Of a stretch of DNA of 64,000 nucleotides, positions 21,359-31,050 are shown piece after piece (position 1 is the stretch's first letter; every line of letters begins with the position of its first letter). The DNA comes from Spirochaetia bacterium (GTDB lineage: Bacteria; Spirochaetota; Spirochaetia; DSM-16054; Sediminispirochaetaceae). The stretch covers positions 160,001 through 224,000 of the forward strand of contig JAXHMY010000009.1 of NCBI GenBank assembly GCA_034520965.1, written 5' to 3'. Below the pieces are notes generated by a model. The model made no database searches. It worked only from the letters and a program-made list of their open reading frames with translations, and was not told the DNA's origin. The position numbers and the translations under genes are program-made.

Positions 21359-22126
21359 ATGTTAAGAACGCTCTACAAATTTTTCAGTTCAATGAGACTG
21401 GCAATCGTACTGATTGTATACTTGATAGGCCTGATGGTGGTGGTTGGAATATGGGGGCCCGGAGCGCTTTCGCCCGGGGCGGCCGCATTTAGCAGTTCTG
21501 AACTTAACGGAGCGGCCTTAGGCAGTGAAGCGGGCCGGATAAGCATTATTGGCTCGCTTGTCCTGGTCGTGCTGCCGGTACTCTTGTTCGCCCTTAACCT
21601 AGGGGTATGTGCAGTATCCAGGATAGTCAAGCGTATAAAAACCGGCAGCTATTTCCGTCGCTTTGGATGGCTTTATACCGGGCCGGATCTGGTACATATC
21701 TCCATCTTACTGTTTTTACTCGGAGGATTGTTGAGCCATTACGGCCGAATAGACGGCGAGGTAAGGCTTCAGCCCGGGGAGATAGCGGCTCTAAACTCGG
21801 CCTATATGATTCGGCTGGAAGATTTTCGGATTGAGCATTACGAGAGCGGTCAGGTGAAACAGTACATCTCTTCGATCCAATTGCTGCGTCGCAGTTCCGA
21901 GGAACAGCAGGCTGAGGTTATAGACCAGGCTGATATTACAGTGAACAATCCGTATTCCCTGGGGCGATTGAAAATCTACCAGCGGAGTTATTATACTACC
22001 GGAGAGCTTGCCAGTGGGCTCCAGGCGGTGTATGATCCCGGTTATCCGGCCATTATTGCCGGAATTGTTTTCTTTTTTCTGGGATTATGCTTCATACTGG
22101 CACATAAAATCCGTACACACGTTTAG
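21359..22126 (+). CDS. resB: Cytochrome c biogenesis protein ResB/CcsB (short form)
   Basis: FFSSMRLA start, LVHIS conserved His, VNNPY..YQ.SY and YDPG; adjacent to ccsA. Confidence 0.8.
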   Translation: MLRTLYKFFSSMRLAIVLIVYLIGLMVVVGIWGPGALSPGAAAFSSSELNGAALGSEAGRISIIGSLVLVVLPVLLFALNLGVCAVSRIVKRIKTGSYFRRFGWLYTGPDLVHISILLFLLGGLLSHYGRIDGEVRLQPGEIAALNSAYMIRLEDFRIEHYESGQVKQYISSIQLLRRSSEEQQAEVIDQADITVNNPYSLGRLKIYQRSYYTTGELASGLQAVYDPGYPAIIAGIVFFFLGLCFILAHKIRTHV

Positions 22127-22140
22127 AGAGAGGCAACTAC

Positions 22141-22950
22141 ATGTTGGCAACTACCACCTTTGTGGTCACCGTAATTCTTATGGTTGACCAGATAATAAAG
22201 CTGTTTCGAAAGAGTGAGGTGAGCTACGAAGTAGAGCAAGTGCTCTTCCTGTTGGGAGGTTTACTACTGCTGCTTGATTTTGGGTATCGCTCGTACCTGC
22301 TTCGCTTTCCCGCGGTCACCAATACCTACGAGGCGCTGGTACTATTTGCCTCCGGGATTCTACTGCTGCTGTATTTTCTAAGTCGTAAAATTCCGTCCCA
22401 TCGAGGGGCTGGCCGGCAGCCTGAAACCCATACTTATATCTTGTTTGTGGGAACAGTTGTTGCGTTCGTCCTGCTGGCTTTAGCTTCCTCTCCGCTTATC
22501 CCGGACGATCTGGTTCCGCCGGTCCCGGCCCTGCAGTCTCATTGGCTGGTAATGCATGTGCTGCTTAGCTTTGCCGGAGAGGCCTTTTTTGTAATAGCCT
22601 TTGCCGCTGCGTTGGTTTTTCTTTTTAGCTCTCAAGAGGAAAAACGGCGGCAGGCGGATCGTATTACCTATCTCTCGGTGACAGTTGGGTATTTCTTGTT
22701 TACAGTTGGGGCGCTGGTGTTCGGAATGATTTGGGCTGAGCAGGCCTGGGGAAGTTACTGGAGCTGGGACCCCAAGGAAACCTGGGCGCTGGTGACCTGG
22801 CTCACTTATACCCTCTACTTGCATCTTAGGTTTATTCGGGGAGCTCGCGGTAAGTTAACCGCCTTGGTGGCGGTGATCGGATTTATTTTAACTATGTTTA
22901 CTTTTTTAGGGGTAAACTACCTTATGAGCGGTTTGCATAGTTATGTATAA
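22141..22950 (+). CDS. ccsA: Cytochrome c biogenesis protein CcsA/ResC
   Basis: PALQSHWLVMHV, WGSYWSWDPKETW (WWD domain) and GLHSY. Confidence 0.95.
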   Translation: MLATTTFVVTVILMVDQIIKLFRKSEVSYEVEQVLFLLGGLLLLLDFGYRSYLLRFPAVTNTYEALVLFASGILLLLYFLSRKIPSHRGAGRQPETHTYILFVGTVVAFVLLALASSPLIPDDLVPPVPALQSHWLVMHVLLSFAGEAFFVIAFAAALVFLFSSQEEKRRQADRITYLSVTVGYFLFTVGALVFGMIWAEQAWGSYWSWDPKETWALVTWLTYTLYLHLRFIRGARGKLTALVAVIGFILTMFTFLGVNYLMSGLHSYV

Positions 22951-23002
22951 GACCATGCGCAGTAAGCTTTGCCTGCAATTGACTTAAATGGAAACTGTTT
23001 AT

Positions 23003-23045
23003 ATTCTAAATGTTGGAAGTCAGAAAGACTTCCAAAATTTAGAAT
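23003..23045. promoter_or_regulatory. 43-bp palindrome upstream of the REC-PP2C gene
   Basis: ATTCTAAAT-G-TTGGAAGTC-AGAAA-GACTTCCAA-A-ATTTAGAAT. Confidence 0.6.
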
Positions 23046-23070
23046 CGCTGAGGTATAAGGGTGGTAGTTT

Positions 23071-24363
23071 TTGACAGAGAATGAGCTATCGACAGAAAGT
23101 TCCTCTTCCGGTACTTGGAAAGTCCTCGTAGTAGATGATGAAGAAGAGGTGCATTTCCGTATAAAAAAGGTGTTGAGTGAACTTGTCTACATGGATCGCG
23201 AGGTTGTAGTTCTGGCAGCATACTCTGCGGAGGAATCCCTGGAACTACTCCGGCAGCATGATGATATTGCGGTTGCTCTTATCGACATCTTTGTAGATGA
23301 TGATGCGACTTCCGGATTAGCTTTGGTACAGAAGATCCGTAAGGAGCTTCACAATACACAGTTGAGGATTATTCTGAGAACCAAAATAGAAGGTGACCAG
23401 CCTCATGAAGAGTTGTTTGTTGAATACGATATCAATGATTATAAGGAGAAGGGCGAGCTTACTATAGAGAAGTTAAGAACCACTATTATCAATGCCTTTC
23501 GTTCTTACAACGACCTACAAAGAATAGTTGACCTGAATAATTCTTTAGAGAAAAAAGTCCAGGACCGTACCCGTGCACTTTCAGAGGCGAATCTGAAGCT
23601 GCGTACGTATATTTCACGGCTTGAAAATGATCAGGAGGCCGGCGGCAGAATGCAGCAGAAACTGCTGCCGGATACACAAAAAAGGTTTGGTGACTGCACC
23701 TTTGCCAGCCGTATCTATACGTCGATGTACCTAAGCGGCGATTTCCTGGACTACTTTGAGATAGATGCCGATCGAGTAGGTTTTTACATGGCCGACGTCT
23801 CGGGCCATGGAATTTCATCCGCTTTTATCACCGTTTTGTTGAAAAATTTTGTTGATACCCAGTTAGAGAACTACTGGAATGAGGGGGATTTGCTGATTAT
23901 GCGGCCCTATCTGCTGGTGAAAAAGCTGAACAGTGAACTCCTGCGTGAGAATTTCGGCAAATATCTAACCATTTTTTATGGAGTGCTGGATCAGAAACAA
24001 AACACCCTGCGATATACAAACTGCGGCCAATTTCCGTATCCCCTCCTGCGGGAAAATGGAAAGGTTAAACCCCTTGAACCGGCGGGAACCCCGGTAGGTC
24101 TGTTTGCCGAGCCTGAGTTTATAGAAGAAGAGATTCCAGTAAGCAAGGAGTCGGCGCTGCTAATAATTTCCGACGGAATTTTAGAGCTGCTTCCGCAAGC
24201 CTCGGTAAAGGAAAAACGTAACTTAATACGACATTTTTTCAGTTTTCCGGAGGTAGATCTGCAGGAGTTGACCGAGCAGCTGGGGCTTTCACGGCAGTAC
24301 AGTTTTCCCGATGATATTACTTTTCTCATGCTGAAGAGGAGTGCTGATGATGGATCGAGGTAG
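23071..24363 (+). CDS. Response-regulator receiver fused to SpoIIE/PP2C phosphatase
   Basis: LVVDDE and ALID receiver motifs; SGDFLD, ADVSGHG, SDGILE and DDITF. Confidence 0.92.
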   Translation: MTENELSTESSSSGTWKVLVVDDEEEVHFRIKKVLSELVYMDREVVVLAAYSAEESLELLRQHDDIAVALIDIFVDDDATSGLALVQKIRKELHNTQLRIILRTKIEGDQPHEELFVEYDINDYKEKGELTIEKLRTTIINAFRSYNDLQRIVDLNNSLEKKVQDRTRALSEANLKLRTYISRLENDQEAGGRMQQKLLPDTQKRFGDCTFASRIYTSMYLSGDFLDYFEIDADRVGFYMADVSGHGISSAFITVLLKNFVDTQLENYWNEGDLLIMRPYLLVKKLNSELLRENFGKYLTIFYGVLDQKQNTLRYTNCGQFPYPLLRENGKVKPLEPAGTPVGLFAEPEFIEEEIPVSKESALLIISDGILELLPQASVKEKRNLIRHFFSFPEVDLQELTEQLGLSRQYSFPDDITFLMLKRSADDGSR

Positions 24364-24838
24364 ATATTTTTACGCTGAAAAAAATGATATTACCTATATC
24401 AAAATGGTAGGAAATTTAAAATACACTACAAGTTCCGGTTTTGATCGTTTTGTAGACGGGTTGATGGAACGGGGTTTTAAGAATGCAGTGATAGATCTCT
24501 CCGAGGCATCCTATATCGACAGCACGAACCTAGGGCTGATTGCTAAAATTGCCGGACGAGCCCGGCATAACTCGAATATGCATGTAAGCATCGTCTCCCC
24601 GAATGAGGATATTAACGAAATCCTGCACAGCGTCCGTTTTGATAAACTGTTTACGATTGTAGAAAAAATGGAAGGGGTTGAAGGGCTGGAAGAAATTCCG
24701 GATGAACAGCAGGATAAAAAAGACGACCTTCAGATGCTTATTAAAGCTCACAAGGCGCTAATGGATATCGACGAAGAAAACCGACCCCAATTCAAGGACG
24801 TTGTTGAGCTGCTGGAGAAGGAAGTAAAAGATTTTTAA
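24347..24838 (+). CDS. STAS-domain anti-sigma-factor antagonist
   Basis: IDLSEASYIDSTNLG with phosphorylatable Ser; overlaps the PP2C gene. Exact start uncertain. Confidence 0.88.
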   Translation: MMDRGRYFYAEKNDITYIKMVGNLKYTTSSGFDRFVDGLMERGFKNAVIDLSEASYIDSTNLGLIAKIAGRARHNSNMHVSIVSPNEDINEILHSVRFDKLFTIVEKMEGVEGLEEIPDEQQDKKDDLQMLIKAHKALMDIDEENRPQFKDVVELLEKEVKDF

Positions 24839-24839
24839 C

Positions 24840-24865
24840 GCTGCTTGTCCGCGGGCAAGCAGCTT
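24840..24865. terminator. Hairpin between convergent genes
   Basis: GCTGCTTGTCC-GC-GGGCAAGCAGC. Confidence 0.5.
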
Positions 24866-24892
24866 CCGACAATCGTCCCTATCGCACCTGCG

Positions 24893-25666
24893 CTATCCAC
24901 CTAGAAAGGCCGACTTATCCACAACTTCCCAGGCACGGCCAAAGGAACGAGTAAGCTCTGAGGCCAGCCATTTGTCGAAATCCGGCGAGCCGCGCATCCG
25001 CATAGGTGAATTAACTAGCTGCTGCTGCCCGTCTACTATCTCAGTGTATACTCCGGGCTTGTAGAGGTTCATCCTGGCTAAAACCACCCCTTTGCGGTAA
25101 TTGTGGTGTATGTAATGAAGCGTGCCGTCCTCTTCGACCGATACCACCATACCGGTATGGGTAAGGTAGTCGTTGGGCTGTCCATCTTTGTTCCGGTCGT
25201 AAGTGTTATCCCAAAAGATGATGTCCCCGGGTTTGGGGCGCCGGGTTTCGTAGAGCGCCCGGTTATCTTCTAGAAAACGGTACAACCTTGTAACCCCGTT
25301 ACCTCGGTATTGGGTCATGGGAGTTGCCAGATCTATGCCTGCATGCCAGTAAATCGCCAGCACCGTGCCAGTACAGTCGGCATTGAACCTGCGGCCGTTG
25401 ACGTTTAGCCGGGATCTCCCGTTGAGCGAGAGTGCGCCTTCAACCAGTTTTGCCTGGAGCCGCGAGAGCTCTTGGCCGTCGCCGGAGCCGCTCTTCTGCA
25501 GCTGTTCGGCTACACGCTTAGCATCCGGCCCACCGCCTCCGGCCATGCTCTGGCATCCCGACATCAGCAGAACTATTACTGCGATGCCCACCGGCAGCCA
25601 GAGCGTGAACCCACAGCATCTGGGACGGCTATGGGTTCTGCCGAACCCGGCTGAATTATTCGTCAT
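24893..25666 (-). CDS. NlpC/P60-like lipoprotein (cell-wall peptidase)
   Basis: LMSGC lipobox; DCTG, PGDIIFW and THTGMV catalytic Cys/His motifs. Confidence 0.82.
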   Translation of the reverse strand: MTNNSAGFGRTHSRPRCCGFTLWLPVGIAVIVLLMSGCQSMAGGGGPDAKRVAEQLQKSGSGDGQELSRLQAKLVEGALSLNGRSRLNVNGRRFNADCTGTVLAIYWHAGIDLATPMTQYRGNGVTRLYRFLEDNRALYETRRPKPGDIIFWDNTYDRNKDGQPNDYLTHTGMVVSVEEDGTLHYIHHNYRKGVVLARMNLYKPGVYTEIVDGQQQLVNSPMRMRGSPDFDKWLASELTRSFGRAWEVVDKSAFLGG

Positions 25667-26300
25667 ACCTGCCTCCTTGTGGGCCTTGCTTCTCTGAGCT
25701 TGCGTCCTCAGAGCCTTGAAAACCGGTAGCTATCATAAATACCTCAAAAGACTCTTTACGGCTGGATTTCGGCTTAAAGGGTTTCGCAGCTTTGAACAGT
25801 TTGCGCAGCTGCTGGAGTATCTGCTGCTCCTCCCCGCCCTGGAACAGTTTGATTACCAGGTTTCCGGAGGGTTTAAGCAGCTGCTCCGCCGCGGCGATAC
25901 ACTGCTCGGCCAGGCCGGCCGAACGGCTCGTGTCGACAGTGCGGTTACCGGTGGTAGCCGGTGCTGCATCACTAAGTATTACATTATAAGGGCCGCGCTC
26001 CCTGAGTTTATTCATAACTTCCGATGAAAACGCATCCCCCGTAAAAGTCTCGATATTATTGAATCCCCCGGGAATTGAACACTCCTTTAGGTCCACTGCA
26101 ACCACTCGGCCCTTGGGGCCTACTTGCTGCGAGGCGTACATGCTCCAGCTGCCGGGTGCGGCTCCAATGTCGAGCACCGAGCTGCCCCGAGGCAGTACCT
26201 GGTGCTTGTTCTGGATCTCTTCGAGTTTATAGACGGAGCGGGCCGGATACCCGGCCTTCTTAGCCTTATCGGTATAGTGATCAGCTTGGCTGCGTTTCAT
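25656..26300 (-). CDS. rlmE: 23S rRNA (U2552-2'-O)-methyltransferase RlmE
   Basis: ARSVYKL, DIGAAPGSWS, SDAAP and KPKSSRKESFE. Confidence 0.95.
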   Translation of the reverse strand: MKRSQADHYTDKAKKAGYPARSVYKLEEIQNKHQVLPRGSSVLDIGAAPGSWSMYASQQVGPKGRVVAVDLKECSIPGGFNNIETFTGDAFSSEVMNKLRERGPYNVILSDAAPATTGNRTVDTSRSAGLAEQCIAAAEQLLKPSGNLVIKLFQGGEEQQILQQLRKLFKAAKPFKPKSSRKESFEVFMIATGFQGSEDASSEKQGPQGGRYDE

Positions 26301-26399
26301 ACTAGCCTCCAGTATATAATATTGCTATCGGCGGCGAAAGACTTCTACATTTGGAATTCCTGTCTTGACCGCCTCGTAAAAACTTACTACCTTTTGACT

Positions 26400-27053
26400 A
26401 TGAAACAGTCACTACTACGTAAACCTTTTCGGTATTCCTACAATAATTTAGCTTTTGGAATAATTTTGGTCAATGTCCTCGTCTATATGCTGAACTACAT
26501 CAGTCCCCACAGCCGCTTTTATACGGCTCTTATCCCTGGGCTGATCCTGCAAGAGGGCTATATCTGGCAGTTTTTCACCTATATGTTTACCCACGCCGGG
26601 TTTTCTCACATTCTGTTTAACATGCTCGGTATATTCTTTTTTGGTGTGCAGGTAGAGCGGCGGATGGGCAGTCATGAGTTTCTGCTCTTCTATCTGACCA
26701 CGGGGGTGCTGGCCGGTATATTTTCTTTTATTGTGTACATCATGACCGGAATGTACGGGGTTATCCTGCTGGGTGCTTCGGGGGCCGTGTTTGCCGTGCT
26801 GCTGGCCTTTGCGGTCTATTTTCCCCACGCCAATATTTATATTTTCGGAATCCTCCCGGTCCGCGCGCCGGTGCTGGTAATCGGATATACCGCTATCGAG
26901 CTGTTTAACCAGGTCTTCAGCATGCAGAGCGGGGTTGCTCATCTGACGCACCTTGCCGGTTTTGCCTTTGCCTATCTGTACCTGGTAATTCGAATGGGAA
27001 TTAATCCGATGGATTCATTTACAAGCGGCAGAAGGGGAGGACGTTGGCGTTAA
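26400..27053 (+). CDS. Rhomboid intramembrane serine protease
   Basis: HILFNM, GASGAVF and AHLTHLAG. Confidence 0.93.
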   Translation: MKQSLLRKPFRYSYNNLAFGIILVNVLVYMLNYISPHSRFYTALIPGLILQEGYIWQFFTYMFTHAGFSHILFNMLGIFFFGVQVERRMGSHEFLLFYLTTGVLAGIFSFIVYIMTGMYGVILLGASGAVFAVLLAFAVYFPHANIYIFGILPVRAPVLVIGYTAIELFNQVFSMQSGVAHLTHLAGFAFAYLYLVIRMGINPMDSFTSGRRGGRWR

Positions 27054-27875
27054 CTGTCGCTCAAAAGCACCGACGTTCTACAGCCGTCGCTGTGTTCTTG
27101 TTAAGTACGGCGCTGCTGTTTCTGGGCCCTGCCCAACGCTCCGACCGACAGTCGTCAGCCCTACTGGCCTATCCGGGGGATGTAGACATAATCACCGCTG
27201 AGTTCTGGACCGAACTGGACCCGATCATGGAGGGTTCCCAGCCCCCGGTCCCCGGAGTTGAAGGCCGGCAGGACGAACAAGGCCGTAGCGAAGCCGGCGA
27301 TTCTCCGCCTCCTCCGGTAGCTCCCCTCACCGGCTCCGGAGTATTATCCCAGGACGAAGCAATCCGGCGTACCTTGGAAGAGGCGCGGCTGGTAATATCG
27401 GGTATGATCTACGGCTTTGATCTGCGTTATACTCCCTCCGACCGAGCCCGGAATGTGGCCGAAGAGCTGGTTATAGAACCGCGGGCTCGGATACCCGCCG
27501 GTGACCAGGCTCTGCGGGTTCTGCAGGTGCGGACCTCCGGGAACAAGTATTTTGTGCATATCCGTTATGATTTAGCCGAGCACCAGCAGCGGCGAATGCA
27601 AGCCTGGGACAGTAACACCCTCTCCTCAGCCGGCGGAAGGGGCACAGCGCCGCTTCAGCAGGGCTATCGCCGGCAAATTTGAATCCTTCAACCAGGCTAT
27701 CAAAAACGCCCTGCGGGAGTATCTGCGCCCCCGTTACAAAAACAAGCCCAGCCGCATTCAAGCGGTTGTGGCATTAAAAGAACCCCCCTACACCGTAATT
27801 GACGCAGGGGGGTACCATTCAAAGGTTCGTATAAAAATCGATGTGCGCGAGGTGCGGCCCTACAGCGCCTACTAG
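27044..27875 (+). pseudogene. Exported hypothetical protein split by a +1 frameshift near 27668 (probably an assembly error)
   Basis: Removing one C in CGCCGGC continues the frame as GYRGKFESFNQAIKNALREYLRP...YSAY to TAG at 27873-27875. Confidence 0.7.
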
Positions 27876-27896
27876 ATTAGCGCCTACTAGATTAGC
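27864..27896. repeat. 15-bp tandem duplication spanning a stop codon
   Basis: AGCGCCTACTAGATT x2 plus AGC. Confidence 0.9.
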
Positions 27897-27921
27897 AACG
27901 CGGTGTCGGCCTGGGGCCTTG

Positions 27922-29715
27922 TTATTTTTCTGGGCTCTCCTCGTCCTCTTTCGGCAAGTTGAGCTGTAGGTGCAGCATCTGCAGCTGATCTTCATCGACC
28001 GGCGAAGGGCTGTCGTCCATCGGCGAGGCTCCTACGTTGTTCTTCGGAAAGGCAATTACCTCTTTAATCGAATCCTCTTCGGCCATCACCATAATCAGGC
28101 GGTCGAGTCCGGGAGCAATTCCGCCGTGGGGAGGCGGTCCGTATTGAAAGGCCTTTAGCAAAAATCCAAAGCGTCGTTCCGCCTCTTCCTCTGAAAAACC
28201 TACGATATTAAAAATGCGTTTCTGGATCTCCGGGTCGTGAATTCTGATAGAACCGGAGGCCATCTCGTAGCCGTTACACACCAGGTCGTAGAGGTCGCCC
28301 TTCACCGCACCGGGGTCCTGCTCCATATTGTCCAGAAACTCTTCCTGGGGCATGGTAAACATATGGTGGGCGGCCTCCCAGTGCTGGTCATCTTCGTTCC
28401 ACTCAAACAGCGGAAAATTGTCTATCCAGCCGAAGCGGAAAGTTCCAGGTGTGGCCAGTCCAAGCTGCTTGCCCAGGCTGCTGCGGACTGCTCCCAGAGA
28501 GGTACAGGCGGTATTCCATTTGTCGGCTACCGCCAGAATCAGGTCCCCCGCCGAGGCTCCCAGGGAAGAGATGATCTCATCGCTTTGTTCGGCGAAGAAC
28601 TTGGCAACTCCCCCGTCCAGGCCCTGGTCGGTCACTTTCATCCAGGCCAGACCCTTGGCCCCGTACACCTTAGCGTCTTTTTCAAGCTGGTCGATCTGTT
28701 TACGGGAGTAGCCGGCACAACCCGGGGCTACCAGGGCTTTTACCGCTCCGCCGTTCTCCACTACCGACTTAAAGGCGTTAAAACCGCTGCCGGCGGCGAT
28801 CTTGTTGAAGTCTTGCATATGCAGCTCGTAGCGCAGATCCGGCTTGTCGCTGCCGTATAGGTTCATGGCCTCGTGGTAACTGATGCGCGGAAAAGGGGTC
28901 TCCAGCTCAATATTGAGGGTCTGCTGGAAGACATGCTTCAACATCCCCTCCACCACCTCAAAGACATCGTCCTTAGAGACAAAGCTCATCTCCATATCGA
29001 TTTGGCTGTGCTCCGGCTGACGGTCGCCCCGGGCATCTTCGTCACGAAAACAGTGGGCAATTTGAAAATAGCGGTCGAAACCGGATACCATCAACAGCTG
29101 TTTAAACAGCTGCGGGCTCTGGGGCAGGGCATAAAACTTACCGGGATGAATGCGTGAGGGAACCAGAAAGTCACGGGCCCCTTCCGGGGTAGAGCGGATC
29201 ATGCTTGGGGTTTCAATCTCCATGAAACCCCGGCCTTTCAAAAATTCGCGAACCGCAAAGGTTGCATCGGTGCGCAGCTTCATTTTTCGCTGCATACTGA
29301 ACGAACGCAGGTCTAAATAGCGGTACATGAGGCGCAGGTCCTCTTTTGCATCGGTACGTTCATCTATATTGAAGGGGAGTGGTTCACAACGGCTTAAAAT
29401 TTCGATGGCGGTGCCTTGCACTTCAATTGCACCTGTGGCCATCTCGGTGTTGACCATCTCCTCCGGCCGGGCACGGACAATTCCCTTGACTGCGATGCAG
29501 TACTCACGCTTTAAGTCGCGGGCAACTGATTTGAGCGCCTCAGGGGCATCTTCATCGATAACTACCTGGCTTATCCCGTAGCGGTCGCGCAGGCTCACAA
29601 AATGAATGCCTCCATGATCGCGTGTACGATGGACCCATCCATTCAGGACCACTTCTGCACCGGTCCTGGATTTTTCCAATTCTCCGCATGTTGCGGTTCT
29701 TTTCATCTTTTCCAT
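27922..29715 (-). CDS. aspS: Aspartyl-tRNA synthetase
   Basis: RDHGG, TPEGARDF, LPQSPQLFKQ, FRDED and PPHGGIAPGLDR. Confidence 0.98.
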   Translation of the reverse strand: MEKMKRTATCGELEKSRTGAEVVLNGWVHRTRDHGGIHFVSLRDRYGISQVVIDEDAPEALKSVARDLKREYCIAVKGIVRARPEEMVNTEMATGAIEVQGTAIEILSRCEPLPFNIDERTDAKEDLRLMYRYLDLRSFSMQRKMKLRTDATFAVREFLKGRGFMEIETPSMIRSTPEGARDFLVPSRIHPGKFYALPQSPQLFKQLLMVSGFDRYFQIAHCFRDEDARGDRQPEHSQIDMEMSFVSKDDVFEVVEGMLKHVFQQTLNIELETPFPRISYHEAMNLYGSDKPDLRYELHMQDFNKIAAGSGFNAFKSVVENGGAVKALVAPGCAGYSRKQIDQLEKDAKVYGAKGLAWMKVTDQGLDGGVAKFFAEQSDEIISSLGASAGDLILAVADKWNTACTSLGAVRSSLGKQLGLATPGTFRFGWIDNFPLFEWNEDDQHWEAAHHMFTMPQEEFLDNMEQDPGAVKGDLYDLVCNGYEMASGSIRIHDPEIQKRIFNIVGFSEEEAERRFGFLLKAFQYGPPPHGGIAPGLDRLIMVMAEEDSIKEVIAFPKNNVGASPMDDSPSPVDEDQLQMLHLQLNLPKEDEESPEK

Positions 29716-29788
29716 GAAAAAGACTTTAGCATTACTGATTATAACTGTGCAAGATGTCTATAAAGCCCTTGAAACTACTTCTCCCGGT

Positions 29789-30259
29789 TTAGTGCCGTCG
29801 GCGGGTGTAGCAGCGTGAACAACCGAGCACGTGGGCGTGGCGTCGCTCACTGGACTGAAAAAAGCGGGCATACAGCATTCCCCCCGTCGGCAGCGCCTGC
29901 TTACATACCGGACATATACGGGCCTTGCTGCGGCTTTTCAAGCCACTGGTTGCGTGTGAGGCGGAATAACAGTAGGGGCAGCCAAAAATCTCCATCATGC
30001 CGTCCGGTTTTCCTGGATACAGCACGCTTTTCACCTTCTCCTTCTTTTCCAGGACTGTTCCGCAGAGCGGGCAGCGATGAAAGCCCGGGCCGGGGGGCTT
30101 TTCCGTGGCTTCGGCTTCGGAGTATATGCGGGGGCCAAATTGCTCCCGGCTGTGGCTAGGGCGACGTGTACGCCGAGTGTGCAGCACTTGTCCCTTGACA
30201 CCCAGCACCAGCAGGATGGTTATGACGGCTCCGGTAAGAAATAGAACGACAATTTCGAT
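29789..30259 (-). CDS. Membrane-anchored multi-CxxC (zinc-ribbon) hypothetical protein, apparent ATC start
   Basis: CPLC, CPYC, CPVC and CSRC. N-terminal TM segment lies upstream of the called ORF start; AAGGAG is 7 nt before ATC 30259. Confidence 0.7.
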   Translation of the reverse strand: MEIVVLFLTGAVITILLVLGVKGQVLHTRRTRRPSHSREQFGPRIYSEAEATEKPPGPGFHRCPLCGTVLEKKEKVKSVLYPGKPDGMMEIFGCPYCYSASHATSGLKSRSKARICPVCKQALPTGGMLYARFFQSSERRHAHVLGCSRCYTRRRH

Positions 30260-30320
30260 GGTTGTTCTCCTTTTGGCTTAACCCATTGCTCTAAGCTATT
30301 GTACCGGGTACAATGAGCTT

Positions 30321-31001
30321 GTGGCAACGCTTTTTATTGTAGCAACTCCAATTGGAAATTTAGGTGATATAACCCTGCGGGCACTGGAAGTGCTGAGGAG
30401 TGTAGATACCATTGCCTGTGAGGACACTCGGCATACCCGCAAGCTGCTTACTCATTTTGAGATATCCAAACCTCTGGTCAGCTGTCGTTCGCAGAACGAG
30501 GTGCAGGCGGCGGGGCGATTGATCGAGCGACTGCAGGAGGAGCGGGATGTCGCCTTTGTAAGTGATGCCGGAACCCCCGGTTTAAGCGATCCCGGGCAGC
30601 GCCTGGTAAAAGAGGTTCGTGCCGCCGGCTTTCAGATCGTACCGATACCGGGTGCCTCCGCTTTGACCGCTCTGATGAGCGTGTCTGAGTTTGGGGGGCG
30701 TACCCTTACCTTTGACGGATTTCTCAGCCCGAAGGGGGGAAAACGGAGCAGTCGTATCGCCGAACTGTTAAAAAGAGAAGAAAATTTCGTTCTTTACGAA
30801 TCTCCCCATAGAATACTGAAGATTTTGGCAAATATAGCCGACAAAGAACCTGAGCGGCAAGTACTAATTGGAAGAGAAATGACAAAAATGCACGAAGAGT
30901 TTGTCAGCGGTGCTGTGTCGGAGGTACTGGAACGGTTAGAGTTGAGAAATTCGCTGAAAGGGGAGTTTGTAATACTTGTTTCCGGCCGGAAAAAGAGTTA
31001 A
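30321..31001 (+). CDS. rsmI: 16S rRNA (C1402-2'-O)-methyltransferase RsmI
   Basis: ATPIGNLGDIT, EDTR, SDAGTPGLSDPG, YESPHR and REMTKMHEE. Confidence 0.97.
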   Translation: MATLFIVATPIGNLGDITLRALEVLRSVDTIACEDTRHTRKLLTHFEISKPLVSCRSQNEVQAAGRLIERLQEERDVAFVSDAGTPGLSDPGQRLVKEVRAAGFQIVPIPGASALTALMSVSEFGGRTLTFDGFLSPKGGKRSSRIAELLKREENFVLYESPHRILKILANIADKEPERQVLIGREMTKMHEEFVSGAVSEVLERLELRNSLKGEFVILVSGRKKS

Positions 31002-31025
31002 CATGTAATGAGAAGATGACGATAA
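30999..31025 (+). promoter_or_regulatory. Sigma-28 (FliA)-type promoter of flgM
   Basis: TAAC-N15-GACGATAA versus consensus TAAA-N15-GCCGATAA. Confidence 0.7.
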
Positions 31026-31050
31026 GTAAAGAGAAAGGTAGGAGTCAGCA

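Noticed and set aside
26124..26399. N-terminal extension of the rhomboid in the ORF track
   Set aside because: Overlaps rlmE on the other strand; promoter geometry supports ATG 26400.
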